64,000 nucleotides of DNA, taken from NCBI GenBank assembly GCA_050246755.1, contig JBFWVL010000001.1, forward strand, positions 1,312,001 to 1,376,000, in the 5' to 3' direction. A program made the translations under genes and the position numbers. A model generated the notes under the pieces. That model had not been told where the DNA came from. It made no database searches and saw only the letters and a list, made by a program, of their open reading frames with translations. This DNA comes from Bacteriovoracia bacterium. Its GTDB lineage: Bacteria; Bdellovibrionota; UBA1018; CAIPTA01. Each line of letters begins with the position of its first letter. Position 1 is the stretch's first letter. This document shows, one piece after another, positions 36,263 through 50,325 of the stretch.

Positions 36263-37063
36263 TCAGCGACTCCGCAAAATCTTTCTGCGTTTTATTTTCT
36301 GTAGCTTTAATTCAACTACCGACGGAGCAGGGTAGTCTCCTTTGATTTTGGAAAAGAGCTCATACGCCTCGTCAAGATCGTCCTGTTCTTCATAGCAAAC
36401 CGCCTTCGCGAACGAAGCAAGCACCCGCTCTTCTTTTGGGGCATTGGCGATCACCCGATCGTACTGTTTGATCGCCTCGCCGCACTTATTCTGAGAACTC
36501 AGAGAATTTCCCAGTTCGAGCTCGGCACGCCAGAAAAATCTCCCCTGCGGAAATTTAGCTTTTTGAAAATTGAAGATCTTGCTCGCGTCGGTGAACTGGG
36601 ACTTGAGAAAGAAAGCCCGGCCCAGGCGGAACAAAAGCTCTTCCAATTCGGTTTCGTTTTTATTTTCTTTGAGCAGCTTCGAGTAGGATCCGATCGCTTC
36701 GTCGTAGTTTTCGAAGCTTTGAAACTGAATGTCGGCGAGAATGCGCTCGATCTCGTGTTTTTTTCCTTCGTCTTTCGTACGCTTTAAGTACTGGCGATAA
36801 GCGTCCACGGCCTCCTGCGAACGCCCTAAATAAAGATGTTGAATTTGGGCAATCTTAAGTTGGGCATCTAGCCCAAGTGAGGAATTAGGCGATTTATCCA
36901 CGATATTTTGGAACTCGCTAATCGCCGCGTCGTATTTTTTATCTTCGAGTAACTGCTCCGCGAGCTGAAATTTTGTCTCCGGGCTGTTTGCGTTGCAAGC
37001 GGCCAGAAACAACAGAAGCAGGAATAAGCTCCTACTCCTCTTTTGTTTCAATGGGAGCCTCAA
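36263..37063 (-). CDS. TPR-repeat lipoprotein
   Basis: LAAC lipobox and repeated TPR helices; exact start uncertain (overlaps gyrA end). Confidence 0.8.
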   Translation of the reverse strand: MRLPLKQKRSRSLFLLLLFLAACNANSPETKFQLAEQLLEDKKYDAAISEFQNIVDKSPNSSLGLDAQLKIAQIQHLYLGRSQEAVDAYRQYLKRTKDEGKKHEIERILADIQFQSFENYDEAIGSYSKLLKENKNETELEELLFRLGRAFFLKSQFTDASKIFNFQKAKFPQGRFFWRAELELGNSLSSQNKCGEAIKQYDRVIANAPKEERVLASFAKAVCYEEQDDLDEAYELFSKIKGDYPAPSVVELKLQKIKRRKILRSR

Positions 37064-39524
37064 TGGTGACGCTGTCTTCGTCGTCGCTCTCGGCTAGGCT
37101 TTGCACCGCCACTACCTTTTCGCCTTCTTTTACGCGAACTAAGCGCACGCCGGTGGTGTTCCGGCCCATGGTACTGATTTCGTTGACCCGAATTCTCACC
37201 ACTTGACCCTTATCCGTAATCACCATCAGGTGATCCGTTTCGGCCACAGCCTTGGTGCCAATTACGTCACCACCTTTTTTATCATTCGTTTTCATCGTAA
37301 TGATGCCTTTGCCGCCGCGAGATTGAACTCGGTACTCGCTGGCTTCGGTGCGCTTGCCATAGCCGGCGCTCGTAACGGAGAGCAAGGTAAGGTTCTGCTT
37401 ATTATCCAGTACCGACATGCCGACCACCTCGTCTTCGGTGTCGAGCTCCATCCCACGCACGCCCGCGGCGGTGCGGCCCATAGTACGGACGTCGTCTTCC
37501 GGGAAGCGGATGCTCATACCACCCTTAGAACAGAGAAGAATATCATTGCCGCCGCCGCTATAGGCTGCGTTCACCAGGATATCTCCAGGATTTACGCTGA
37601 GGGCGATGATCCCGCTCGATTTGATATGGCTAAAAGCGGAGAGTTCCGTCTTCTTGATTACGCCCTGCTTGGTGGCCATCACGATGGTTCCGGGAACATC
37701 AAAGCTCTTCACCGGCAATACAGAACAGACTCTTTCCACGGAATTTAGGCTTAATAAACTCGCCACGGTTTTCCCGCGGGAGGTGCGGGTGCCTTCCGGA
37801 ATTTGGTGCACTTTCAGGGCGTATACTTTGCCCAGATTCGTGAACACGAGCATGAACATCTTCGTATCGGCTGAATAAATATTCGCCACGAAGTCTTCCT
37901 CGTTCGTGGTCATACCTTTCACGCCGGAGCCACCACGGTTCTGCGCACGGTAGGTTTCCGGCGGAACTCGCTTGATATAACCTTGGTTGGTTAGCGTAAC
38001 GATGGTTTCAGCATCGGCGATGAGATCGTCTTCGTTGATCTCGCCTTCTTCTGCAATAATCTGGGTACGGCGCTCGTCGCCGTACTTTTCCTTAATCTCG
38101 TTCGACTCTTCGATTATTTTCTCGAGCTGTAGCTTATCGCTTGCGAGAAGGTCTTTCAGATACTTGATGAATGCACGGAGCTCTTTCAACTCGGCATCCA
38201 GCTTATCCCGCTCAAGGCCGGTAAGACGCTGGAGGCGCATATCGAGAATTGCCTGTGCTTGCACTTCCGAGAACTGAAATTTCGCGATAAGGCCGTTGCG
38301 GGCGTCGTCGGGATTCTTCGATTTCTTGATGAGAGCCACGATCTCGTCGATATTGTCGATCGCCTTGAGCAAGCCTTCTAAAATATGGGCGCGGGCTTCG
38401 GCCTTTTTTAGGTCGAACTGTGAGCGGCGCACGATGATATTACGACGGTGATCCACGAAAGCATCTAGGTACTGCTTAATATTGAGAAGTTTTGGCTGGC
38501 CGTTATGTAGGGCCAAAGTGATCACGCCGAATGTTTCGGTGAGTTGCGTAAGCTTATAAAGGCGGTTTTTAAGAACTTCTACGTTCTCGCCTTTACGACA
38601 TTCAATCACTACGCGCATGCCGGTGCGGTCGGATTCGTCGCGGATATCGCTGATACCTTCGATTTTTTTCTCGCGTACGAGCATCGCTACTTTTTCTACC
38701 AAGCGCGCTTTATTCACTTGGTAGGGAAGCTCGCTGATCACGATCAGCTCTTTATCGCGCTTGCCTTCTTCTACATCTACTTTACCGCGCATCTTAATGA
38801 TGCCGCGGCCGGTTTTAAACGCGCTTTTAATACCTTCGCGCCCAAGGATGAATCCCGCAGTAGGAAAGTCAGGGCCTTTGATGATTTTCATTAAATCATC
38901 GATCGTGAAATCCCTTTTTTCGAGACGGGCTTTAATCACTTCCACTAAACCTTCCACCACTTCGGTGAGGTTATGGGGAGGAATATTCGTGGCCATGCCT
39001 ACGGCGATACCCGAAGAACCATTAATTAAAAGGTTCGGTAGCCGCGAAGGAAGTACCGTGGGTTCTCTCGTGGAACCGTCGTAGTTGGGAACAAAATCAA
39101 CGGTATCCTTCTCGATATCGGCGAGAATTTCCGTGGTAATTTTCGCCATGCGAACTTCGGTATAACGCATGGCTGCGGGAGAATCCCCATCGATAGAGCC
39201 GAAGTTACCTTGGCCATCCACTAACGGATAACGCATGGTGAAATCTTGCGCCAAGCGCACGATGGTATCGTAGATCGCGGTATCGCCATGGGGATGGTAC
39301 TTACCCATCACATCCCCCACCACGCGGGCGGATTTTTTGTAAGGGCGATTCCAGTAGTTGCTCATTTCCTGCATCGTGTACAAGGCGCGGCGGTGCACGG
39401 GCTTAAGGCCGTCGCGCACATCGGGAAGCGCACGGCCAACGATTACGCTCATGGCGTAGTCGAGGTAGGAAGTTTGCATTTCATCTTCGATTTTTATGTC
39501 GACGATATTTTCTTTAAAATCCAT
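37032..39524 (-). CDS. gyrA: DNA gyrase subunit A
   Basis: [36 protein letters not shown], GyrA-box-like QNRGGSG. Confidence 0.98.
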   Translation of the reverse strand: MDFKENIVDIKIEDEMQTSYLDYAMSVIVGRALPDVRDGLKPVHRRALYTMQEMSNYWNRPYKKSARVVGDVMGKYHPHGDTAIYDTIVRLAQDFTMRYPLVDGQGNFGSIDGDSPAAMRYTEVRMAKITTEILADIEKDTVDFVPNYDGSTREPTVLPSRLPNLLINGSSGIAVGMATNIPPHNLTEVVEGLVEVIKARLEKRDFTIDDLMKIIKGPDFPTAGFILGREGIKSAFKTGRGIIKMRGKVDVEEGKRDKELIVISELPYQVNKARLVEKVAMLVREKKIEGISDIRDESDRTGMRVVIECRKGENVEVLKNRLYKLTQLTETFGVITLALHNGQPKLLNIKQYLDAFVDHRRNIIVRRSQFDLKKAEARAHILEGLLKAIDNIDEIVALIKKSKNPDDARNGLIAKFQFSEVQAQAILDMRLQRLTGLERDKLDAELKELRAFIKYLKDLLASDKLQLEKIIEESNEIKEKYGDERRTQIIAEEGEINEDDLIADAETIVTLTNQGYIKRVPPETYRAQNRGGSGVKGMTTNEEDFVANIYSADTKMFMLVFTNLGKVYALKVHQIPEGTRTSRGKTVASLLSLNSVERVCSVLPVKSFDVPGTIVMATKQGVIKKTELSAFSHIKSSGIIALSVNPGDILVNAAYSGGGNDILLCSKGGMSIRFPEDDVRTMGRTAAGVRGMELDTEDEVVGMSVLDNKQNLTLLSVTSAGYGKRTEASEYRVQSRGGKGIITMKTNDKKGGDVIGTKAVAETDHLMVITDKGQVVRIRVNEISTMGRNTTGVRLVRVKEGEKVVAVQSLAESDDEDSVTIEAPIETKEE

Positions 39525-39548
39525 AACCAGTCAGGTCCTTTTCCAAAA

Positions 39549-42056
<2,508 letters not shown>

Positions 42057-43190
42057 TTATTCCCGTACTCCTAAAGAATCCAAATCGATATGCTCGAACC
42101 GCTTGGCTAGATCTTCCATCAAGGTGGAAGGAAGTTCAGTGGCCGTAATGAACACCTGGGTGTTCTCTTTTCTTAAAAGCTCCACAAGGGATTGCCTTCG
42201 CGTGCGGTCGAGTTCGGATGAAACGTCATCGAACAATAGCACAGGCATCTTTTGCAGCTTGGCGCGGAACAGGTCTAACTCCCCTAAACGGAGGGCTAAA
42301 GCGCAGGTTCTCTTCTCCCCTTGTGAGCCATAAAATTTCACTTTATTTCCGTTTAAGGTCAATACAATTTCGTCTTTATGTGGGCCTATTTGCGTGCTGC
42401 CAACCGCTAAATCTCGACGCATAGAGTCTTTCAGCATCCCCTCGAATTGGTTATGGATTTCATCCTCGGTTTGCCCGAGCGAGAAGCCTTCCTCGCCAAA
42501 GGGTTCGTAAGTCAGACTAAAGACATCACTAGTGTGAGAAATGCGTCGGTATTCATCGCCAATTTTTGGCAAAAGTTCGGAAAGATAAAAATGACGACGA
42601 GCAATAAGGCGCGTTCCAAAAAGCAGCAGCTGCTCATTCCAAGGATCCAGGAGATCTACTACCTGCGACATACTCCATGATCCAGCAAAGGCGTCTTTTA
42701 GAACGCGGTTTCTCTGTAGCAAGGTTTTGCCGTACTGATTGAGCTCTTGGGCATATTCCCAGTCTACGTTGGCCGCAGCGCGATTTAAGAAGGCTTTTCT
42801 ATCCTGGGAATCGCCTTCGATAATTCGGTGATCGGCTGGCGAAAATACGATGGTAGGAAGAAGGTCGAGAAGTACTCCGGTGGACTTTGCCATCTTCTCA
42901 TTCACGAAAATACGCTTGCCCTGAGGAAAAATTTTAACTTTGATGTCGGTGGCTAAGCCTCCGACTTCTACGTGCCCAGAAACAAGAGCAAGTTCTTCTC
43001 CGCGACGAATAAAATCCAGATTCTTTCCGTTACGAAACGACCGTCCACTTCCCATAAGGGAAATAGCTTCTAAGATTGTGGTTTTTCCAATTCCATTTCT
43101 GCCGGTAAAAACAGTGATTCCTGCTTGGAGAGTGAGCTCCAATTCCCGGTAGTTCCGGAAAGAATGCAGTTTCAGGGACCTTAAGGACAT
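42057..43190 (-). CDS. recF: DNA replication/repair protein RecF
   Basis: FRNY, GRNGIGKT, GPHKD, GSQGE, LFDDVSSELD. Confidence 0.95.
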   Translation of the reverse strand: MSLRSLKLHSFRNYRELELTLQAGITVFTGRNGIGKTTILEAISLMGSGRSFRNGKNLDFIRRGEELALVSGHVEVGGLATDIKVKIFPQGKRIFVNEKMAKSTGVLLDLLPTIVFSPADHRIIEGDSQDRKAFLNRAAANVDWEYAQELNQYGKTLLQRNRVLKDAFAGSWSMSQVVDLLDPWNEQLLLFGTRLIARRHFYLSELLPKIGDEYRRISHTSDVFSLTYEPFGEEGFSLGQTEDEIHNQFEGMLKDSMRRDLAVGSTQIGPHKDEIVLTLNGNKVKFYGSQGEKRTCALALRLGELDLFRAKLQKMPVLLFDDVSSELDRTRRQSLVELLRKENTQVFITATELPSTLMEDLAKRFEHIDLDSLGVRE

Positions 43191-44302
43191 TAAAGGCGCA
43201 TCGGCATCAGTACGCTGAGATATTGGCTCGAACCCGGAACTTTAATCACTCCAGGGCTCATTCTATCATTCAGTTCAAATTGCACCGCGGCACCCTGAAC
43301 AACGGAGAGCGTGTCCTGAAGGTATTTAGCATTAAAACCAATTTCCAACTGATCGCCACTATAGGGCGTCTCGATCACTTCCGTGGCTTCGCCGATGTCG
43401 GGATTACTGGAAGAAATTTCTAGTTTTCCAGCCGAAAGGAAAAGTTTCACGCCGCGCGATTTCTCGTTGGCAAGCAAAGAAACCCGGCTAAGCGAATCGA
43501 AGAACGAATTGCGATCTAGATCCACCACACGAGTATTATTTTTAGGGATAACTTGTTTGTAATCCGGAAATTGACCTTCGATCAGGCGTACCGAAAGAAA
43601 AGTAGTCTGGGTTTTTACTAACGCGTGATTGCCTTCAATATGAAAGTCTACGGTAGGGCCTGCGCCTTCGATTACTTTACGGATCTCTTGTACGCCTTTT
43701 CTAGGGATAATAATCCCTTTAGGCAGTAGCATTCCACCGCCTTCGAATGGCTGGTCTTCGTAATAAGCCAAACGATGCCCATCGGTACCGATCATCACGT
43801 ACTTTTTACCGTCGGTGCTTTCGAGAAAAACTCCGTTCATGTGATAACGGGTTTCGTCGGCGGATACCGCGTAAAGAGTATGATCGATCATCTTCTGAAG
43901 GGCTTCCACTCTCGCTTTAGAAACTTGTTTGCCTGAATAACTTGGTAAAGACGGGAAATCCTCAGGGGATAGTCCCATGATATTAAAATTCGATTTACCG
44001 CAGGTAATGGTTACCCAGTGATTCTCTTTGGAATGAACATGAATTTCCTTTTCAGGAAGTTCTCGTACGATTTCTAAAAAGCTTTTAGCCGATACCGTGG
44101 ATCGTCCGGTTTCTTTCACTTCAACGGCTATAGAAGTTTCTATGCTGACTTCAAGGTCAGTAGCTTTAATGGTGAGCTGACCATCTTGGGCACTCAAAAA
44201 AACATTACTTAAGATCTGAAGAGTATTCCGTTTTTCAACAACGCTATTCACCTTATTCAGGCTATCTAGCAGTTCCTTTTTATTCTTAATGATGATCTTC
44301 AT
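43190..44302 (-). CDS. dnaN: DNA polymerase III beta clamp
   Basis: ATDLE, TDGHRL, LIEGQFPDY, IGFNAKY, C-terminal LMPMRL. Confidence 0.97.
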   Translation of the reverse strand: MKIIIKNKKELLDSLNKVNSVVEKRNTLQILSNVFLSAQDGQLTIKATDLEVSIETSIAVEVKETGRSTVSAKSFLEIVRELPEKEIHVHSKENHWVTITCGKSNFNIMGLSPEDFPSLPSYSGKQVSKARVEALQKMIDHTLYAVSADETRYHMNGVFLESTDGKKYVMIGTDGHRLAYYEDQPFEGGGMLLPKGIIIPRKGVQEIRKVIEGAGPTVDFHIEGNHALVKTQTTFLSVRLIEGQFPDYKQVIPKNNTRVVDLDRNSFFDSLSRVSLLANEKSRGVKLFLSAGKLEISSSNPDIGEATEVIETPYSGDQLEIGFNAKYLQDTLSVVQGAAVQFELNDRMSPGVIKVPGSSQYLSVLMPMRL

Positions 44303-44341
44303 TTGTCCCCTCAGAGATCTAATCTTTATGAATATTTACCT

Positions 44342-44791
44342 TAGCAGTAGTAGTAGTAGTGTGGATTTGTGCAAAAGTCTCGAGATAGTTGATATTCATG
44401 CATCTTCAGCCTTTTCCTAATTTTTTTTGGGTGGGATAAGTTGGTTAAAACCTGGGATAAACCAATGCAGAGTGCATTTTACTAGGCTCCTCATTTTACC
44501 CTATCCACAAATCCGGATAACTTTCGTGAATACCTAATTAAAAAATTCAGACTTAAACTCTTTAGTCCCTGAAATATGACTATTCAATGCCGAACTACTA
44601 TTTATTCACAGGTGTGGATAAGTCTAAATACTGTCTAAATCATTCTTCTGTGGATATCTTGGATAACGTAAAGCTTCTTTGCTTATTCAACTACTTAGCC
44701 AAGTATGTAAGCCACTAGAGAATTCAAATTTTGCCTATTTTTTTAGCGCTAGAAAGCAGTTTATCCCAGAGTTTTGCACATTTTATCAACA
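44342..44791. other. oriC: Chromosomal replication origin oriC (dnaA-dnaN intergenic)
   Basis: DnaA boxes TGTGGATAA 44613, TTATTCACA 44602, CTATCCACA 44501, TTTTGCACA 44772, TTATCAACA 44783; overlapping pair TGTGGATTT/TGTGCAAAA at 44360-44376 next to TAG trios 44342-44359; AT-rich. Confidence 0.9.
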
Positions 44792-44883
44792 TAAAGGTCG
44801 CAGCGGCACATTTACCAATTTTACCAAGCAAAGCCGGGATGAAAATAACGCTCCGAATAAATTAGTAGAAGGAAAAAGGCCCT

Positions 44884-46329
44884 TTAGAGCATTTGTTGAA
44901 TGTCTTCCAGGTACTTTTTTAGGGTAGCGCTGGAATGAATCTCTTTTTCGATTTTTCGAATGGCGTGAATCACCGTGGAATGGTCTTTTCCGCCGAAGGC
45001 CGCCGCGATCTCCGGTAACGTTTTCTTAGTATATTTTCTAGTGAGGTACATCGCAATTTGACGCGGCTCGGAATATTTTCTTTCGCGAGACTTGGAATTC
45101 AGTTCCGCCAAGGAAATTTTGAAGTACTGACAAACACATTTATTGATCGATTCAATCGAAAGATTATTGTTCTTATTTTCGTTCAACAAATCAGAGAGAG
45201 CCTCTCGCGCCATATCGAGGGTTATTTCGGTACCATTTAAAGAGGCCTCCGCGCTTAAACGCACAAGTGCACCCTCCAACTCCCGCACGTTATTGCGAAT
45301 ATGACCGGCAATCATGAGGCAAACGTCGTCGGGAACGTAGAGATCTTCCGCTTCCGCCTTGGCTTTGAGAATAGCAATCCGCGTTTCAAGATCCGGCGGC
45401 TTCACATCCACTACAAGGCCCTGCTGGAGACGGGTAATTAGCCGCTCCTCGAGATTATGCAGCTCTTTAGGGGGCTTATCACTAGTTAAGACAACTTGAT
45501 TATGAGTGCCGAAGAGGTGGTTGAACGTATGAAAGAATTCCTCTTCGCTACGCTCTTTGCCGCCGATGTACTGAATATCATCGATCAAAAAAGCATCGAA
45601 GCTGGAGCGGTACCGGCTATGGAAATGGTTGGTGGACTTGTTTTTAAGCGCTTCGATGAACTCGTTCACGAAGGATTCTGCCGAAATATAACAGATGCGC
45701 GCTTGAGGGTTATTACGCAACATTTGGATGGCGATCGCATGCAATAGATGCGTTTTTCCTAAACCGGAAGGGCCGTAAATCAGTAGGGGATTGTACTTTC
45801 CACCAGGAAAATTTCCGGCCGCTTTTGCGGCGGCATGCGCAAACTGGGTTCCGCTGCTCACAATGAAGCTTTCAAAAGTATGAGCGGTATCGATATGCCC
45901 GGAAGTGCACTTAATTAACCCTTTTGACTTTGACGCTGTGTTACTCGCCGCTTGAGCTGGATTGAGAGAACTGCCCGGGTATTGTGGTTCTGGAGTGCCC
46001 GGAAAATCGAGTACATTGCGGCCGCTGCTATTTGATTCAGGGCGGCTCGAAGAAGAACCCGATCCCATGACGCCGCTCTCAGTTCCGCCTACGGAATAAG
46101 TAACGCGGAACGTTTTCCCGGTAACCATGGCCAAGGCGTTTACGATCTTTGCCTCGAAGTTACTTTTGAGGAAGGTATTGAAGAAGGGTGTAGGTACCTT
46201 GAAGGTGATTTGAGTGTCTTCTAGGTTATGGATCTCGAGCGGCAGCAGCCAAGATTTGAACATTTCCGGCGTGGTCATCGATTGCAACTGTTGCAAGGTG
46301 GACTGCCAAAAAGTTGGATGCTCTTTCAT
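44884..46329 (-). CDS. dnaA: Chromosomal replication initiator DnaA
   Basis: [52 protein letters not shown]. Confidence 0.98.
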   Translation of the reverse strand: MKEHPTFWQSTLQQLQSMTTPEMFKSWLLPLEIHNLEDTQITFKVPTPFFNTFLKSNFEAKIVNALAMVTGKTFRVTYSVGGTESGVMGSGSSSSRPESNSSGRNVLDFPGTPEPQYPGSSLNPAQAASNTASKSKGLIKCTSGHIDTAHTFESFIVSSGTQFAHAAAKAAGNFPGGKYNPLLIYGPSGLGKTHLLHAIAIQMLRNNPQARICYISAESFVNEFIEALKNKSTNHFHSRYRSSFDAFLIDDIQYIGGKERSEEEFFHTFNHLFGTHNQVVLTSDKPPKELHNLEERLITRLQQGLVVDVKPPDLETRIAILKAKAEAEDLYVPDDVCLMIAGHIRNNVRELEGALVRLSAEASLNGTEITLDMAREALSDLLNENKNNNLSIESINKCVCQYFKISLAELNSKSRERKYSEPRQIAMYLTRKYTKKTLPEIAAAFGGKDHSTVIHAIRKIEKEIHSSATLKKYLEDIQQML

Positions 46330-46509
46330 GACGAAGAATTGCTCCCAATGCGCGCTAGCTTTTTCAGCTGTGAAGGAATAAAAAAGACGTTCGGTACTGA
46401 TAGCAAAAAGGCGGAGAGTCGTTCAAGCGATTTCTCTCTGTATTCTCCGTGGATACTTGACAGTCTTTTTACTAATTTGGTAGGTACCAAGAACGATTGG
46501 GAGACCTTC

Positions 46510-46659
46510 ATGAAACGACCGTGGCAGCCAAGTAAGAAAAAACGCGCAAAAACCCATGGTTTTCGTAAGCGTATGGGCACTAAAAACGGCCGTAAAGTGC
46601 TCGCTAGCAGACGCAAAAAGGGTCGCAAGCGCCTTACGGTAAAAGTTGCAACCAAGTAA
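46510..46659 (+). CDS. rpmH: 50S ribosomal protein L34
   Basis: [22 protein letters not shown]…GRKRL, GGGAG RBS. Confidence 0.95.
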   Translation: MKRPWQPSKKKRAKTHGFRKRMGTKNGRKVLASRRKKGRKRLTVKVATK

Positions 46660-47014
46660 GCCCGCTAAACCACTCGCCTTTCCAAGATCGCGACGCGTTA
46701 CCAAAAGAACGGATTTTTTCCGTCTGCGTAAGGTCGCGTCCAAATGGGTCTCGCGGCATTGGATTCTTTATTATGCCGAGAGTGAATCGGGCACGGCCCG
46801 CCTAGGGGTGACAATCAGCGCGAAATACGGAAATTCAGTAGAGCGAAACAGCTTTCGCCGTTGGCTTAGAGAAGCTTTTCGCGCGCACCATGCCAGCTTG
46901 AAACCCTACGATCTTCACTTCGTAGCTCGACAAAAGCCTACGAACATTGCGAAAAAACGCTATAAAGATGAGCTTAATGAGGATTTTCAAAAGCTTCTGC
47001 ATCGCTTTCGTTAG
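46646..47014 (+). CDS. rnpA: Ribonuclease P protein component
   Basis: [21 protein letters not shown] (RNR motif variant); follows rpmH. Confidence 0.9.
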   Translation: MQPSKPAKPLAFPRSRRVTKRTDFFRLRKVASKWVSRHWILYYAESESGTARLGVTISAKYGNSVERNSFRRWLREAFRAHHASLKPYDLHFVARQKPTNIAKKRYKDELNEDFQKLLHRFR

Positions 47015-47234
47015 GGTATATCGCTGGACGCTGAGCCCGCTCTTTATGAGCCTGGGAGTTCAGTGCCGATTTACTCCTACTTGCTCGGAATATGCGCAAG
47101 AAGCTATCGAAGTACACGGACCATATGGAATTGTATTAGCGTCTGGCCGGCTTCTTCGGTGTCACCCTCTCTGTAAGGGTGGTTTGGATCCGGTACCTTT
47201 CGCAGTTGGCAAACAGGAGCATCGTCATGGATAA
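46977..47234 (+). CDS. yidD: Membrane protein insertion efficiency factor
   Basis: [15 protein letters not shown]…RLLRCHP…GGLDPVP. Confidence 0.92.
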   Translation: MRIFKSFCIAFVRVYRWTLSPLFMSLGVQCRFTPTCSEYAQEAIEVHGPYGIVLASGRLLRCHPLCKGGLDPVPFAVGKQEHRHG

Positions 47235-48876
47235 GAAGGCACTTTTAGCGATCGCACTTTCTCTCGGTATTTGGGTCACGTGGCAGAAATTTTACCTAGA
47301 GCCTATCCAGCACCAGCAAGCGTTGGAAAACCAGCGGCAGCAGGAGCTAGTGACACAAAGCCAGCAGAGGGCGGAGAAGAGGGCCGATTTAGACCAACGC
47401 GGAATTCTTCCCGACTCAGAGAAGAAGCGACAAGGACAAGTGAACCGGGAGTCACGCGCGGTTACGCTTCAAAACACCGATTCCACGCTGGTAATTTCCA
47501 ATGAGCCCGCGCTAGTGAAATCTTGGCAACTCAAAGCCTTTTCCACGGCGTTAGAGCACCAAGACGACAAAATTTCTCTTGCCGGAATAAGCGGTTTCAA
47601 CGGCCAAGGGCGCCTGCGTTTTAGTGATGCTCAATACGAGCCAGCTTCGCAACAGAACTGGGACTCTCTCGTTCAAGAAAATGAGCTTTCAGTTGTATCG
47701 AAAATCTCCACTCCGGCCATGCAGGGTTTGCGTCGGGTGGTGCTTGATCCCCAGGGTTACGGAGGACGCGTAGAGTACGAACTCCAGTTCGCTAAAGATC
47801 CACCGAAATATGTTTTCCTTGATCTGTACGGCAGCCCTAAGCGAGAGAACGATCACGAAGGAAGCATTTTCGGCCAGGCTCCTGATAAGGTGCACGTCAC
47901 TTTTCGCGATGCTACCGGACGTCACTCCGAGATGGCCGCTAGCCTAAAGCAGACCAAAGAATCCGCTGCGGGCGCCCGATGGCTCGGCCTCGATACGCGA
48001 TATTTCGTTCTGGCTTTGGTGCCAGAAGGAAGCTGGAAAGATGTTTCCGGAGCGCAAATTGCCCACGATGAAACCCGGCCCGCTACCGTGCGCGGAACGT
48101 TGGTGTTTCCTACCGACGGCAAAAAGACGATCAACTTCAGCACGAAGATGTATTTCGGTCCTAAGCACATGGAAAGCCTAAGGGCCGTAGACCCCATCCT
48201 TTCCGACGCGATTGATTTTGGCTGGACCTCCGTGCTCGCTATCCCGCTTCTTCAGGCACTTAAATGGTTATACGGCTACGTACATAACTATGGCCTGGCG
48301 ATTATTATCTTAACCTTTGTCATTAAAATGCTGCTCTTTCCACTTACCTATAAGAGCACTAAATCGATGGCAAAAATTGCGGTATTGCAGCCTCAGCTCA
48401 ATGCCCTTCGCGAGAAGTTTAAAGACGATAAAGAAAAGCTCAATACCGAGATGATGAAGTTCATGAAGACGAACGGCTATAATCCAGTGGGTGGCTGTTT
48501 GCCAATCTTGCTGCAGATGCCGATCTTTTTTGCGCTTTACCGCGTGCTGTTTAACTCAATGGAACTTTATCAAACTCCATTTTACCTATGGATTCATGAC
48601 CTTTCGCGGCCAGATCCTTTTTTCATTACACCAGTACTGCTTACGGGCTTGATGTACGTTCAGCAAAAGCTTACTCCTACGGCCGCCGCTGATCCTGCCC
48701 AGCAGAAGATGCTTCAGTTCATGCCCCTAATGTTTGGCGTGTTCATGATCATGCTGCCCGCTGGTTTGAACATCTATATGGTGGTTAACTCGGCCGTTAC
48801 CATTGCCCAGCAATGGGTGCTCACACACAAATTAGGAATTAAAAGACCTGCTCCCGTTGTAGTTTCCAAGGCTTAG
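47227..48876 (+). CDS. yidC: Membrane protein insertase YidC
   Basis: [12 protein letters not shown] start, [32 protein letters not shown]. Confidence 0.96.
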   Translation: MDKKALLAIALSLGIWVTWQKFYLEPIQHQQALENQRQQELVTQSQQRAEKRADLDQRGILPDSEKKRQGQVNRESRAVTLQNTDSTLVISNEPALVKSWQLKAFSTALEHQDDKISLAGISGFNGQGRLRFSDAQYEPASQQNWDSLVQENELSVVSKISTPAMQGLRRVVLDPQGYGGRVEYELQFAKDPPKYVFLDLYGSPKRENDHEGSIFGQAPDKVHVTFRDATGRHSEMAASLKQTKESAAGARWLGLDTRYFVLALVPEGSWKDVSGAQIAHDETRPATVRGTLVFPTDGKKTINFSTKMYFGPKHMESLRAVDPILSDAIDFGWTSVLAIPLLQALKWLYGYVHNYGLAIIILTFVIKMLLFPLTYKSTKSMAKIAVLQPQLNALREKFKDDKEKLNTEMMKFMKTNGYNPVGGCLPILLQMPIFFALYRVLFNSMELYQTPFYLWIHDLSRPDPFFITPVLLTGLMYVQQKLTPTAAADPAQQKMLQFMPLMFGVFMIMLPAGLNIYMVVNSAVTIAQQWVLTHKLGIKRPAPVVVSKA

Positions 48877-48884
48877 GTTTTTCC

Positions 48885-50324
48885 ATGGCCTCGAGTAAGC
48901 GCGGGTATTTTAGGGAAGATACGATTGCCGCCATTTTGACGGCGGCGAATGCAATATCAGCCGTAGGCATACTCCGCGTTTCTGGCCCTGAAGCGTGGAA
49001 AATTGTTTCATCTTTGCTTTCAAGGATGAAGGGCGGGGCCTTTGAAAAAGAAAAGCTTCAAAGCCACCATCTTCAGCGTTGCCTGATTCACGACGCCGGC
49101 GGCAAGCTCATCGACGACGGAATGTTCGTTTGGATGCAGGCGCCAAATTCCTTTACTGGTGAGGAAGTGGTGGAACTTCATCTGCACGGTAATCCTCATC
49201 TTCTCCGACGTGCGATGCAGGCCATTCTGCATGGCGGGGCAGCGGAAGCGTTGCCGGGGGAGTTTAGCTTTCGCGCCTTTCGCAGCGGGAAAATTTCGCT
49301 CGATCAAGCCGAATCTATCTCCGACCTGATTACTAGCCAGAGCGAGGAAAGTGCGAATAGGGCCCTAGGGCACCTTCTTGGGAGAGCGCAGCCGGAGATC
49401 GCCCAGTTGAAGCAAGAGATCGTAAATCGCCTGGCCGAGATGGAAGTAGATATCGATTTTTCCGACCAAGGCCTTTCCAGCTTAGACTACGAGGGCTGGG
49501 CAAAAAAACTTCGTACCTGGAACGACCGAGTTGAAAAGATTCGCCAGGAATTTCTTCTCTCGCAGCCCCGCAGAGAAGGGATTCGCTTAGCTCTTGTGGG
49601 CGCACCCAATAGCGGAAAGTCATCGCTTTTTAACCGGCTTCTCGGAGAAGACCGCAGCATCGTGAGCATGCAGGCGGGAACTACTAGAGATGTGGTGAGA
49701 GAGGCGCTTTCGTTAAAAGGCCTACTTTTTCGTCTCTCTGACACCGCGGGAATTAGGGTTACCGAGGACGAAATTGAGGCCCAGGGGGTAGACCGATCTT
49801 TCGGGGAAGTGGGCGCCGCCGATGCCATACTCTGGATTTTTGATGGAGTAGAGGAATTCGCCGAAAAATCTAAGGAGCTAGAAAAGCGTTGGGCGACTCT
49901 TAAGAACCATTTGCCCAAGGAAGCGAGAATTCTGGCGGTCTGGAATAAGGCGGACCAAGTAGATCGACCCGGCCCGGAATGGGTACGCTTCTTGGCCGAA
50001 CAAAACATTCCTTGGGCAGGCGTTTCGGCAAAAACTGGTAGTGGACTCCAGGATTTGATCGAAAAACTGACTAATTTCTTCGCCATTTCTGAGGCCTCTC
50101 AACCAGATTTCTTGATTAGCAGAACGCGTCATTATGAGGTACTAGGTAGGGCTCAGGAAGCGGTATTGGCGGCGGTTGGGAAGGTGGAGGCGGGAGAGCG
50201 ATTTCCGGATCTTCTTTCTTCCGATTTGCGCGAGGCCCTTTCCCGCTTAGGTGAAATTACGGGCGAGTTCAGCACCGAAGATCTCCTGAGCCATATTTTC
50301 TCAGAATTTTGCATCGGGAAATAG
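48885..50324 (+). CDS. mnmE: tRNA modification GTPase MnmE
   Basis: PNSFTGE, GAPNSGKSSLFN, GTTRD, DTAGIR, NKAD, C-terminal FCIGK. Confidence 0.97.
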   Translation: MASSKRGYFREDTIAAILTAANAISAVGILRVSGPEAWKIVSSLLSRMKGGAFEKEKLQSHHLQRCLIHDAGGKLIDDGMFVWMQAPNSFTGEEVVELHLHGNPHLLRRAMQAILHGGAAEALPGEFSFRAFRSGKISLDQAESISDLITSQSEESANRALGHLLGRAQPEIAQLKQEIVNRLAEMEVDIDFSDQGLSSLDYEGWAKKLRTWNDRVEKIRQEFLLSQPRREGIRLALVGAPNSGKSSLFNRLLGEDRSIVSMQAGTTRDVVREALSLKGLLFRLSDTAGIRVTEDEIEAQGVDRSFGEVGAADAILWIFDGVEEFAEKSKELEKRWATLKNHLPKEARILAVWNKADQVDRPGPEWVRFLAEQNIPWAGVSAKTGSGLQDLIEKLTNFFAISEASQPDFLISRTRHYEVLGRAQEAVLAAVGKVEAGERFPDLLSSDLREALSRLGEITGEFSTEDLLSHIFSEFCIGK

Positions 50325-50325
50325 A

